Translations under genes and position numbers: made by a program
Shown here: piece by piece, positions 47,720-60,496 of the stretch
Layout of the letters: each line of letters begins with the position of its first letter
How positions within the stretch are numbered: the first letter of the stretch is position 1
Notes under the pieces: model-generated
Databases searched by the model: none
Told to the model about the DNA's origin: nothing
The model's input: only the letters and a program-made list of their open reading frames with translations
Assembly: GCA_951406725.2 (NCBI GenBank)
Contig: OX597829.1
Location: 53,754,001-53,818,000, forward strand
Reading direction: 5' to 3'
Length of the DNA: 64,000 bases
Origin: Octopus vulgaris
Taxonomy: Eukaryota

Positions 47720-49770
47720 AACACACATTTCAAGAAACTGACCGGCCACCTTATCACTGACCATTCCAGTGAGCACACAAGTCAGATGATAGATTTCATT
47801 TTCACCAGGAAATGTGAATAGACAGGTCATTGTAAATGCCAAAACTTTTCCAAGTAAAGAAGGTACAGTCCTTCGTAAATTAGTGGCTTATGACTTCAGA
47901 ACGAAAGCTAGACAGACACAGAGGCAGAAGACAATATGGAAGAGGAAGGAATGAAAGCTGAAAGATCCTGCAGTTGGTCATATCTTCAGAGAAATTCTAA
48001 TTGATGTGTATAACAGTGCAAAGAAGTAGTTAGATTCCTATGGTACAGACAACAACTAGGAGTCCCAGCAAAATAACCTGCAAAGGGCTACAGACCCAGA
48101 CATGTGGCTGGTACAAGGTCTCAGCCACACCAAAAATAGGCAGGGCTGTAAAAGCTAAGAGTCTGCAAAATATGGAAGGAAGGTAAAAATAAAGAACATT
48201 ACCAGGAAAGCTAGAAAGGGAGCTTGGCATCAGATATTCTTAGCTAGGGAAGAAGCAGAAGAGAAGGATTTGCTCATGTTCTTCAAAGTGAGGATGAGAG
48301 GCATCAGCAGTTCAGAGTTGTTCTCGCTAACATACTAAGTTAGGCGGTAGAGAGACATCGTTAGGGAGATGTGTATGTGAAATGAAGAAGGCACATATGT
48401 CTTTACTGCTGATGACAATAAAGAGACACAGAACTGCTCTTATCAGAGGCTGTTAAATGTAGAGAGTGCATTGGATAAAGAGGGGAAACCTTATGCTGAT
48501 CCTATAGAGGGGCCAGCAATTCAAATTGACATCAGTGTGGTAGATAATATGATTAACAACATGATGGTGAAGAAAGTTGCTCAAGAATAGGTGCTGAGAA
48601 GCTCGAAATATCTGGTGAGGTAGTCACACAACATTTGAATCAACTATACAAAAAATATCATACCTGATAGCTTACTTAGCAAAATCTTTGTAAACTGTTA
48701 TGAGGATGATTTAGAGAAAAATTGAATTGCTGGATCAGAAATTATGGCGAGAGTCATAGTACAACAGATCAGACAGCTAGTCTGGCTTCATGTGAGGCAC
48801 CACACATGCAATTTTTCTGATAAGACAAATGTAGGAGAAATAGTTAGCTAAGAGTAAACAAATGTATCTGGAATTTATTGATTTGGAGAAGGCCTTTGAT
48901 AGAGTGTCACACTCCATATTCTGGTGGTCCCTAAGGAAACTAGATGTGGTTGAATGTCTTGTGAGGGCAATTCAAACTCTGTACAGAGGTGCTTAAAGTA
49001 AGATATTACAGAATATGCGCAATAGCTTCGGTAATGAATTTAACATGAAGGTAGAGGTTCATCAAAGCTTCTCCTATCTATCAGGTGAGTTTGAGACTGA
49101 CTGTCCATGGGATCTCTTATGTGCTGATGATCTAGTCCTTATGGCTAGATTTATGGTGGGATTAGAAGAAATTCCAGGCATGGAAGCTAAACCAGGAATC
49201 AAGAGCCTTAAGGTCAACTTAACAACAACAAAAGTTTTAGTAAGTAGGAAAGAAAACAGGATATCGGTACCATAAAGAAAATGGCCTATTTCAATTTTCA
49301 GAAAAGGAGTAGGTATAAATTCCGTAAACTACGCAATGTAAGCTCTAGACAATCAAGAAGTGTTGTGGGATTACAGCTGGACTATCAGGTACAGCATGCT
49401 TCCTATGTGGCACTGATGCACTTGAACAGTAAGCACTGAGAACACACAGGAAATAGACTCTCCTAAATGCTTGGCTGACTCACTGGAAATAGTCGATAAC
49501 TTTTGTTACCTTGGTGATATAATTAGCAAGGAAGGTGATTGTTTAGAAAAATGTAGCAACCCAAGTATGAATGAGTTGGAAAAAATTCAGGGAGCTACTA
49601 CCTCTGTTGACAATGTAAATTTCTTCCCTCAGGGTGAAAGGTAGATTGTATGATACTTGCATTAGAACTGCTACACACCAGATCTAACACAAGCCTTGAA
49701 TGCTGAAGAAATAAGATAAACATGTACTATGTTATGTATAATGTCAGTTATGCATGAATGGCAGAGAACA
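47720..49770 (+). mobile_element. Old RTE LINE remnant (endonuclease end through RT)
   Basis: QIDFI, FIDLEKAFDRV, WDLLCADDL and VKGRLYD-like remnants. Confidence 0.75.
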
Positions 49771-50259
49771 AATAAACACTCTCCTATTCATGCTAGTCGT
49801 TTTGATGTCATTCTTCTTCCTCTTCCTTCTCTCCAACCTCTCTCCTTGTCACCAGAGCAAGTGCACACACCCTAATTCACTGAATACTCTCTACGACTCT
49901 CCTATCCCTACCCTATAATAACTATTTCTCTTTTCAAATTTACATTTACTGTGTATAAAGCACATCCCACACCTACTGTTTCCCACTGAATAGCAGGAGC
50001 TAAACAAGCAAAGAAAATGCAGGTTATGAGGTCCCTCAAGTCCGAGTTGACTCCTAGTTGCCTCCCATCAGGAGCTGTAACTTTCGATGGGAGACAACTC
50101 AGATCAGGAGGCCATGTCCAACCAATTCTAGCATGGAAAGCAGACATAAAATGATGATGATATATATATATATAAATATAATAAAGGGTTAAGCAACAAG
50201 TTGCTTCACCACATACTGAAAATTTAGAAATAGCAGCCAAAAGACAGCTCATTTCTTTT

Positions 50260-50369
<110 letters not shown>

Positions 50370-50602
50370 AGAAAGATAGATAGACAGACAGATAGATATG
50401 TAGAAAATTAATATAAACAGCAGTTTGCTATGTTTCACAAAAAGGAGATTTACAAATGTCACAAGATGTGTCTAGGGTGTTAGGAAGCACCTACATTGCT
50501 AGAAATAAGAGTCAAATCGCTCTCATGCAGTAGTCAATGCACATGAAGGAAAACACATAGACCAACAAGGACCATAATTGTTCGAAAAGTACTCAGTGAG
50601 AA

Positions 50603-50658
50603 TTTTAAAAACTGATGCATCAGTTTCACAGCAATTTCTGCTGCCTCATCAGTTAAGA
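50603..50658 (-). ncRNA. Hammerhead ribozyme-like motif, best-preserved copy
   Basis: UUAA-CUGAUGA-G-GCAGCA[GAAAU]UGCUGU-GAAA-CUGAU[GC]AUCAG-UU-UUUAA: intact core, 6-bp stem II, palindromic stem III, weak stem I. Confidence 0.65.
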
Positions 50659-51129
50659 CAGCTCATCTTCAGCTCTTTCTGGACTTGCTTCGCCATTAGT
50701 ATTTATGTGTTCATCATCCAAATAATTGGATGATTTAGTGATTCACTAATATATATAAGTATATATATATTGTTTGTATTCCACCTGCCTTCGTCTTTTG
50801 TTTATTTCTGTAAACCTGCCTTCGTCTTTTGTCTATTTTCATAAAGCTTCCGTTTATATAAGTATATATATATATATGTATGTAAACATATATATATATA
50901 TATATAATGTGTGTGTATATATATATATATATCAGACTGGAGCCTGGTGCAGCCTCCTGGCTTCCCAGACCCCAGTCGAACCGTCCAACCCATGCTAGTA
51001 TGGAAAACGGACGTTAAATGATGATGATGATGATATATATATATATATATATATATATGAGTATATATGTGTATATATATATATATACACACTCACACAC
51101 GTGTAATATAAATACATACACATATGCAT

Positions 51130-52341
51130 AAAATCAGCGCAAACATACCTAGTAGTTGGTGTAAACTCTGACCATAATCCAATTATCATTAGTCTTAAAA
51201 TCAAAGTCAATACCAAAAATGACATCACCAAAGGGGGGAAAAAGGTAAACCTAAATCAATTTCAAAAGAAAGATTACAGAAAGAAATACAATGTTGATGT
51301 TAGAAATACCTATGATAAACCAGGCCAAGAAGAATCTCTGTAAAAACCTAATAATGAAGACAATATTATGGAAATGTCACAAAAACAGTGGAACATTTTA
51401 CTTAAAAAAATCAATCTGTTCAGCATCAACAATAATACTTCCTCAAAGTTAAACAAATAAAAAGAAGAAATGGATAACCAATGAGGCCTTAGCAGAGATG
51501 GAAGAAGGCAGGAAGTGGAAGGACAAAATCCTGAAAAACAGGAGACTGAACAAAGAAAGCAACTTAGAATGCAGATAAATCAAAGCTAGCTGAACGATGT
51601 AAAGAAATAGATCTTGAAGAACAGCACAAATCAAAGCAGATGCATGATAAAGTGAAAAAAAAAAAAAATAACCAACAGTAAACATATAAAAAGAGAAAGT
51701 GGATATATCAATAATAAAACTAGAAATATCTTATTTGAAGAGAAACAAATAACAGCAAAATGAGCTGAAAAGATCTCAGAACTTTATGATGGTGACAAAC
51801 CATCAATTTCTGATTTGAAGTTACAACCAGAAATAATATTCTACAGGAAGAAGTAGAAGAGACAATAGAATTAATGAAGAATAGGAAAGCGACAGGACCA
51901 GATGAAATACCAGCAGAGAGTCTAAAAGCCGTAGCTGACCAGAACAAAGACACATTAGCAAAGTTGTGCCATGTCATAAATAATATCAAACACATACCTA
52001 CTGAAATGAAGAAAAAAAATGAGAAAAAAAATCCACATTTGTTTCACTTTCCAAATAACAAAGGCCCAAGATTACTCATATTATAAAACAATAAGTCTAA
52101 TGACCCATGAAACAGAATCCCTCCTAAGGGTTCTTTAACAATGAATTACCAAAAGAATTGACAGAGAAATAAGTATATTACATAATGGGTTTTAGACCTA
52201 ATATGGGAACAAGAGAGGGAATATTCAACCTTAAAACCACCTGTGAAAGGTACATAGATGTCATTAAAGGTATTAGATATATACATATATGTGTGTGTGT
52301 GTGTGTGTGTGCATATATGTGTATGTATATATATGTATGTA

Positions 52342-52379
<38 letters not shown>

Positions 52380-52860
52380 TGGAGGCAATGACCAAGACCT
52401 TTGGCATTATGTCGTGCTTGAATAGAAGACTCATCAAGCCGAGCAAAATCGCAGTCGTAGCAGATACCAATGTCATGCAAATTGGCACCCATGTCGGTGG
52501 CACATAAAAGCACCCCAGAGTCATGCAAATGGCACCCATACTGGTGGTACGTAAAAGCATCCATTAACTCTTGGAGTGACTGACGTTAGGAAGGGTATCC
52601 AACCGTAGAAACCCATGCCAAATCAGATTGGAGTCTGGTGCAGCCTTCCAACAAACCAGCCTGGTCAAACTGTCCAACCCATGCCAGCAAGAACAACGGA
52701 CGTTAAATGATGATGATGATGATGATGATGATGGTGATGGTGATGATGATGATGATGACGATGATGGTGATGATGATGATGGTGATGATGATGATGATGA
52801 CGATGATGGTGATGATGATGATGGTGATGATGATGATGGTGATGATGATGACGATGATGG

Positions 52861-52894
<34 letters not shown>

Positions 52895-53190
52895 ATGTTT
52901 TATAGATTCCACCAAGGATTTTGATGGGTGAAATACATCTGCAATGGCAAAAACTTACAGATTATAATAAAAATATTTTGGAAGCAAACAGCAGAAGTAA
53001 GAACAAAACATGGAGGAGCTAGATCAGAGTTCAAAATAAAGAGTGAGACAAGGATGTGTTATATCTTCCAGTCTCTTTAACCTGTACAAGAAAAATTATT
53101 CCAAGAAGTTAAAGACAAGTCAGGAATTATTGTTGGCAGATTTAATCTCAACAACAACCAAAAAGCTGATGGTACTGCAGTACTAACATC
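51130..53190 (+). mobile_element. Decayed LINE of a second RTE-like family, interrupted by an RTE tail and (GAT)n
   Basis: MKNRKATGPDEIPAE, GFRPNMGTREGIF and VRQGCVIS-like remnants; insertion at about 52375-52893. Confidence 0.7.
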
Positions 53191-53578
53191 ATCTTCATCA
53201 TCATCATTAGAGTCCATTTTCCATGCTGGCATGGGTTAGACAACTTGACTGGAATTGGTAAGCTGGAGAGCTGCGCCAGGTTCCAATCTGAATTTGATAT
53301 GGTTTCTATGGCTGGATGCCCTTCCTAACACCAACCACTCTAAGTATGTAGTGAGTGCCTTTTATGTGTAACCGGCACTGGCTACAACTATGATTTCACT
53401 TGGCTTGACATGTCTTAGTGCAATTGGCCAATGCAATCAGTGAAACGGGAAAACCAAATGGAACGGAAATAAACAAAGTAAAAACTATGGCAGACAAAAC
53501 TATGGAACAAACATCTCCTAACACCAATACAATCATAAATAGAACACCAATAGTACAAATACCAAACTCAGTCTGTCT

Positions 53579-54188
53579 TGAAGCACCATCCGCTCGTGTC
53601 CGTTACCAGCCTCGCCTGGCCCCCGCACCGGTAGCATGTAAAAGCACCATCCGTTCGTGTCCATTGTCAGCCGCGCCTGGCCCCCGTGCCGGTGGCACGT
53701 AAAAGCACCATCCGTTCGTGGCCGTTTGCCACCTCTGTCTGGCCCCCGTGCCGGTGGCACGTAAAAGCACCATCCGTTCGTGTCCGTTGTCAGCCTCACC
53801 TGGCCCCCGTGCCGGTGGCACGTAAAAGCACCATCCGTTCGTGGCCGTTTGTCAGCCTCTGTCTGGCCCCCGCGCCGGTAGCACGTAAAAGCACCATCCA
53901 TTCGTGGCCGTTGTCAGCCTCGCCTGGCCCCCGTGCCGGTGGCACGTAAAAGCACCATCCGTTCGTGGCCGTTTGCCAGCCCTGTCTGGCACCTGTGCAG
54001 GTGGCACATAAAAAGCACCCACTACACTCACGGAGTGGTTGGCGTTAGGAAGGGCATCCAGCTGTAGAAACATTGCCAGATCTGACTGGGCCTGGTGAAG
54101 CCTTCCAGCTTCACAGATCCCAGTTGAACCGTCCAACCCATGCTAGCATGGAAAGCGGACGCTAAACGATGATGATGATGATGATGAT
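53579..54188 (+). mobile_element. RTE LINE 3' UTR with 7 tandem ~61-bp units and a (GAT)n tail
   Basis: AAAGCACCATCC recurs at about 53581, 53641, 53702, 53765, 53826, 53888 and 53949, followed by the standard tail. Confidence 0.88.
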
Positions 54189-55524
54189 AAAATGGTAAAT
54201 GTGAAAGTGAAATTAGACGAAGAATAGAAATTATGGGGAAAACATTTCTAAAGATATTAAAAAAGCTTTAACATTAAGCAACCACCCGCTTCTTCTCAGT
54301 TAGTACCTTGCAGGGCCACATGAGCACCTCATCCCCTTTATCTATCACTTGCACCTCTTACTGATCATTTGTTTCCTTTCTCTCTCTCCCTCTTTCCCTT
54401 ATAGGAACCTGCTCTGCCCCACTGACCACCACCACCACCAATAACCACCGCTACCACCACTTCCACCACCCTCATTGTAATCCCCTCATCCTCTAGCATG
54501 AAGGTGACCTCCATCTCCCCTAGGGTTTGTAGTCTTGCAAAGTGCATGGTGACATCGATTGTGCAGGTGGTACGATAAACACACCCAGCCCATGTTGTAA
54601 ACTGTTTGGTACAAGGAAAGGCATCCAGCGATAGGAACCACGCCAGAGCAGATAATTAGAGCTCAATACAGTCCCTAGACGAATCAGTCCAGTCAAAGCA
54701 TCCAACCCATGCCAGCATGATACATGGATGTTAAATGATGATGATGATGAAGAGGAGAAGGGGGAGTGGAGGAGGAAGGAAGGAAGAGGATGATGTGAGG
54801 GGAGGAGGAGGAGGAAGGAAGGAAGGAAGGAGGAGGAGGAGGAGACAACAATGAAGAAGAAGAAGAAGAAGAAGAAGAAGAAGAAGAAGAAGAAGAAGAA
54901 GAAGAAGAAGAAGAAGAAGGGGTGAGTAAATGTTACATATGGTCCATATGCTAATATATGGTGCAGAAACATGGACATTGATGAAAACTGACAAACTGGA
55001 AGGTCTTGGAGCGGGGGGGGGGGGGACCTACAGAAGAATGTTAAGAATATCTTGGGCACAAAAAAAAATGAAATCAAGAAAAAAAAAAGAAAAGGGTGTC
55101 ACAACCAACAAACTATAAAAAAGACCTCTACTCGCAACACCACTGCCACACACACACACAAACACACACACATAATTTTCTTTCAGCTGAGCCATGTACC
55201 ATTTACCTCCCTCCTTCCACTCAGTGACAGAGTAGAACAAGCACAGACAAGAGTTTGTTGATCAAAACTGCCATCTAACAGTACAAACTTTGGTGTTTTC
55301 TTTCAATCTGTCACAGTTGTGTAAATTACATAACAATCGAATGAAATCAGTGATGCGTATAGAGTTTCCTTCCTAAATTCATTTCAATACATCCAGAAAT
55401 TATTAACCTGCTACATGCGGCCTTCTCCAACATGTATCTTACATGATACACATCACACTTGTTACATTAGTACTCGGTACCTGTTAATTAGAGAAAGATA
55501 AACTAGTCTTAATTTGTTGTATAT

Positions 55525-55785
<261 letters not shown>

Positions 55786-55789
55786 TGAC

Positions 55790-56226
55790 AACCCTAACCC
55801 TAACCCTAAAACCCTGACCCTAACCTTAAAACCTTAACCCTAACCCTAAAACCTTAACCCTAACCCTAAAACCCTACCCCTGACCCTAAAACCCTAACCA
55901 TAACCCTAAAACCTTAAAGCTAAAACCAGTATAAACGAACGAACGATGTCATATATAACAGTGACAAACGAAATATACACCACCGGAAATTCTTGTTGAC
56001 AAACAACAGGAGTAATTTTATTCAGCTGAATATACGTCATTGATTGGTTGAAATTACCGAAATACGACAACTTTGACGTGAAATAACTTCGTAAATATAA
56101 GTTTTTCTCTAAAATGCTAAGAGTAAAACATGTTCTATATGACACATTCTACCAGTGTCCGAAGTTTGAAAGTGTTTAGTTACAAAAAAATATTTTTTAA
56201 ATCTGTAGGTCAAAAGGTAAAGATCC
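55790..56226 (-). mobile_element. Repeat element with GGATCTT terminus and degenerate telomere-like (TTAGGG)n
   Basis: CCCTAA-type units at 55790-55920; 56035-56226 is homologous in reverse complement to 62832-63020. Confidence 0.6.
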
Positions 56227-56730
56227 GATGTATATCTCAAAACTGTAACAAGAATGGTTCATGAAATTATTAACATCTCTAAATACATTAAAAATAACTA
56301 AATCAAAATTAAACCCAAATGTTAGGAAATGTACCAGATAGTAAAGCTAGAAGGGCGAACCATCATCCAGTTTGTTAATTCTCCATTGGTATTATTTGCA
56401 ATTATTAAATGACTAAACAGAGAATATCTCATGTTGTCATATTCGTGGTACTCAAGATCGACAAATTTGCAAGTTTTCTCTCACCAGAAGTCGCCAAGCA
56501 AACGTCAATAAACGTGCCTATGTCATCACATTCCAAGCCAATCATTAGTCATAGTGGCCCGTTAATCCACCCAGATTTATTGGTGTCAGAAAACATATCT
56601 GTGTCACAATTTTTGCTCCAACTAACTAGTGCAACCAGTTCATAAATAAAAGTGCCAACATAATAATTTCCCCCACTAGTCAGCGATTATTATTAGCGTC
56701 ACTCATCAGAAGAGGTATTACACGGGAGCT

Positions 56731-56956
56731 TTAACCCTTTAGCATTCAGCTTAATCTGTCAAACAATGCTTAATTATTCACATTGTTTTGAATTAATCAT
56801 GTATTATCTCGTAGCTTCGAAATTTTAATAATGTGATTGTTTAATTTCAGAATGACATCGTACAGTAGGCGTGAGAGGCCAAACCTGGCTGATTTGATCA
56901 TAAAACTAGTAGAACATTTAGGATACATATGACCAGATTAAATGCTAAAGGTTCAA
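56731..56956. mobile_element. TTAA-type MITE (piggyBac-like)
   Basis: TTAACCCTTTAGCATT ... AATGCTAAAGGTTCAA. Confidence 0.7.
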
Positions 56957-57599
56957 CAACTGAAATTGTGATAGTAACCATCAGCTAGGGGCCAGACGAT
57001 TCAGTACTAAATCACAATGTACAAATAGACGCAGCGAAGATACTAGGAGTCGAAGTGCTTCTGGTGGTCATCGTGACAGTGGCAGTCATAAGAATTATGG
57101 CAGAAAGGGTCAATAGACTAGCTGCGGAATATTATACAGTTCAGCAATGGACTGCAGATTCAGACTAACGAAAACAGCAGACCAGTCATTCACTCATCAA
57201 TTCAGACACAGTTTTACCAGCAACTAAGATACCACTGTACACACACACACACACACACATACACACAAAAGAAAGAGTCATATAACAGAGCCAAAGCTGA
57301 GCTCACACAAGAACTACCATGAAATCCCCAGGCAGGCTTTTTTTATCAACGATTCAGATAACCGGCCTTTTCATGTCAGTTTCCACCAATAGTGCAGAAC
57401 TGTTTTATTCATGTTTTGCTAGTATGCATTCTTCCTTATGCGGTACAGACGCACTACATATAAACACACACACACACACACAGACACATTCAGATAAAAA
57501 CATCGTGTCAGTACAGACACGTTGGCAAAGAAGACTATTCATTCTCCCGGATAATCAATATTGTCCCCTGTAGTTTTTGCCTTTAATACAAACTTGGCA

Positions 57600-59245
57600 A
57601 AAGAAATGGTTATCTTTGAGTAAATGCGAAGAAACGACCTAATTTTTAAAAGATAGCAGTAATAATCAGGCAGTGAAATACATACCACGGGGAAAATTAC
57701 TATACATACACCATGGCGACGAAAGAACCTGGAGAGGGCTATTGCAGATTGAAGAACTATCAAGAAAAAGTCCAGGGGAGGTTTCGAATTGAACCAATAC
57801 CATCTCTACGGAAAGTTTAGGCAAGATCCCCCGATAGGCTACATTAAGAGACTTGCATCTTGGGATTAAAAAATACCCAACATTCTCAATTTTTTCAGAG
57901 AAACAAGGACGCCCCCAAACTAGAAAGGTACTGACCATAACCGATAGGATTTATACGAGAAGCAGTGGTGGTAGAGGCATGAGGCCTTTGAATGCCATAT
58001 TGTACAACTCAGACAACACCTGAACAGTAAAGAAAGAAACGAGTACATTCCATGCATACTCAAAATTGAGAGCAACAACGTCTTTAGAGTTGGAGAAGAA
58101 CTACTGTGCAGGTACTCTGAGAATACAGCTATCTCATGCGACCCAAAAGGGGGCTGAACTGGCCTGCCATGATAGATCGTTAGCTCCTAAACGCATTTTT
58201 TTCTCTCCTTGTTTTTTTTCTGTGTATCTTTCTGTTGAAGAGCGTAGGCTCGAAACATAAAAGACTTTTTCTATTTCTATTCCTGAGCGCTATACTAATG
58301 CATTTGTTTGTACTCCACCTGCCTTCGTCTTTTGTTTATTTTCGTAAATTTTCCCGTTATCTAAACAGAAGCTTTGAGAAGAGGCATCATACCAGCAAAA
58401 AGCAATGCATGCGTACATATCCTGTAAGCTAGAGGATAACAACTACATTAACAGAAAGAGTAGCCTCTCCTCAAACTGTGAAAGATACATTACATCCCAC
58501 GTAGAAGAATATGGCTTCGTTATCCCGAAACAGGAGATAGCTACTAAATATTTAGTAAACAAGAGAGACATAAATACCACCAAGCCTCTACGTTGTGATA
58601 GAAAATGTCAGTTCTGCTATACCAGAGTGGAAGATATTCTTTTCTACTCTTGGCATAAGGCACGAAATTTTGAGGGAGGGGGTCAGTCGATTAGATCAAC
58701 TCCAATACGCATCCGGTACTTAATTTATCGACCCCGAAATGATGAAAGGCAAAGTCGAGCTCGGCGGAATTTGAACTCAGAACGTAAAGACAGACGAAAT
58801 GCCTATTTCTTTACTACCCACAAGGGGCTAAACAGAGAGGACAAACAAGGATAGACAAACGGATTAAGTCGATTATATCGACCCCAGTGCGTAACTGGTA
58901 CTTATTTAATCGACCCCGAAAGGATGAAAGGCAAAGTCGACCTCGGCGGAATTTGAACTCAGAACGTAACGGCAGACGAAATACCGCTAAGCATTTCGCC
59001 CGGCGTGCTAACGAGGCAGGCACCATATCATCATCAGCTGTCCCCAACTGTCTACAAGATATTATCCACCCTGAGGCATGATATAGTTGAAATGACTATT
59101 TGCAATGTTGTCCGCAAGAAGGATTGCTCTGGCGTACATATCAAAAGCATGTATTCATACCTTTAAAAACAAGGAATACTGGTGGAACAGTAATAAGAAA
59201 CATCAGTTCGATGCAAACATAACAGACCTGATATTGTTGAAATTC
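57600..59245 (+). mobile_element. Old RLE-type (R4/Dong-like) non-LTR remnant interrupted by younger repeats
   Basis: DRIYTRSSGGRGM, KCQFCYTRVEDI | HIIS, RHD and EYWWN remnants parallel the motifs of 32428..33522. Confidence 0.6.
58637..59012 (-). mobile_element. tRNA-headed SINE, family 1, dimeric/nested
   Basis: Same structure as 3215-3600. Confidence 0.85.
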
Positions 59246-60300
59246 TTATGTGAATAGATGCACGCATGGAAGTGCATCAACAAATCAACCAACACTCAAA
59301 ACTTCTTGTCGCTTTGTTAGCGATTGGCTTAAACTTTCTTAAAAAGAACTTAAAAAACTAAAACAAGACAAAACAAAATATGAATACCTACACACACACA
59401 CGCATGAGAAAAAGATAAAAGAAAATATGCTCGCATTCATATAAATAAATGTGTGTAATTAATCAAAAAACTTGTTCAACGATGTGTTCATCTTCTCTGC
59501 ATGTACTAGTTCTGAGTATTCTTTTCTTGATGTCGAAACTGAAGCCACATATCATCTGTACCATTAATAAAATGATCGGTATTCTTGGCACAAGTACAAT
59601 ATTTATCTATAACTATGAACCACAAGAGAATGTAAATATAGCCGTTGCATATCGTTATCATGGTGTTTTGTTTATGATTTTCTAAAGTTATAAATAAAGC
59701 AAAAATGTATTCGAAGAAGCGAGGATTATTCCTACTTATTACAGAAAAGGAAATTGAAATAGAACCTTTTTTGTTTGTTTTTGCGGCCTCAAAAATAGAC
59801 CACCATCGATACTAAAAGAATTGCGCCAAATGTCTCTCAACACAGAACGGAGGGAACGAATAAGTGGTGCAAAATGATTTCTTGTTATTTTCTCCCTTCC
59901 TGTTTGAAACTATTACATTGCAAGTATTGCATCATCATTTTGTATTGCTACATTATATTTAGGATTAAAAATTGGTCAGCATAAGTTGTTGCTACTGAAG
60001 ATGAGAGAGTTGGAAACATAGTCCAGTAGTAGGTCTTTTTTTTTTCTTCCCTTTTTTTCAAGAAACTGAGGATGCTAATAAAAGATATGGATAATTTTTG
60101 TTGATTAGCAATAAAAATTCTTTTCTCTGTTGAATTCCAAATCGATCTTTTCCCACACCAAAGTCTAAATTGATAATTTTTACAAGTGTCAAAAATTGTC
60201 TAACCTGGAGCAAAATGAGTGATGGCTAATTTCTATACTTTAATAGCATGGTGCTACTCCAGCAGATCGTGAAGAAGTTCTAGAGAATATTTTATATTGA

Positions 60301-60496
60301 TACAGTTCTATATTTAAGAGATGAGGAATTATTTACATTTGACGGATAATTGTCCTCATCTTGTTTGTTGTTAACACAACGTTTCGGCTGATTTACCCTC
60401 CAGCCTTCATCAGACGAAGGCTGGAGGGTATATCTACCGAAACGTTGTGTTAACAACAAACAAGATGAGGACAAATATCCGTCAAATGTAAATAAT
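60301..60496. mobile_element. Palindromic copy of the 9783-10176 family, centred on the hammerhead
   Basis: Arms 60328-60408 and 60416-60496 are nearly perfect reverse complements with a 7-nt loop. Confidence 0.8.

Noticed and set aside
53680-53712. Resemblance of CGTGCC-GGT-GGCACG-TAAAA to the P1/AAA linker of pistol ribozymes
   Set aside because: The loop is too short, and the downstream P2/P3 and conserved pistol nucleotides are not recognisable.
53579-54020. CRISPR-like array of ~61-bp period
   Set aside because: The units are similar along their whole length with no unique spacers, they sit in an RTE 3' UTR, the context is eukaryotic, and there are no cas genes.
55790-55920. True telomere or chromosome-fusion scar
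   Set aside because: The tract is short, degenerate and attached to a dispersed repeat also found at 62832.
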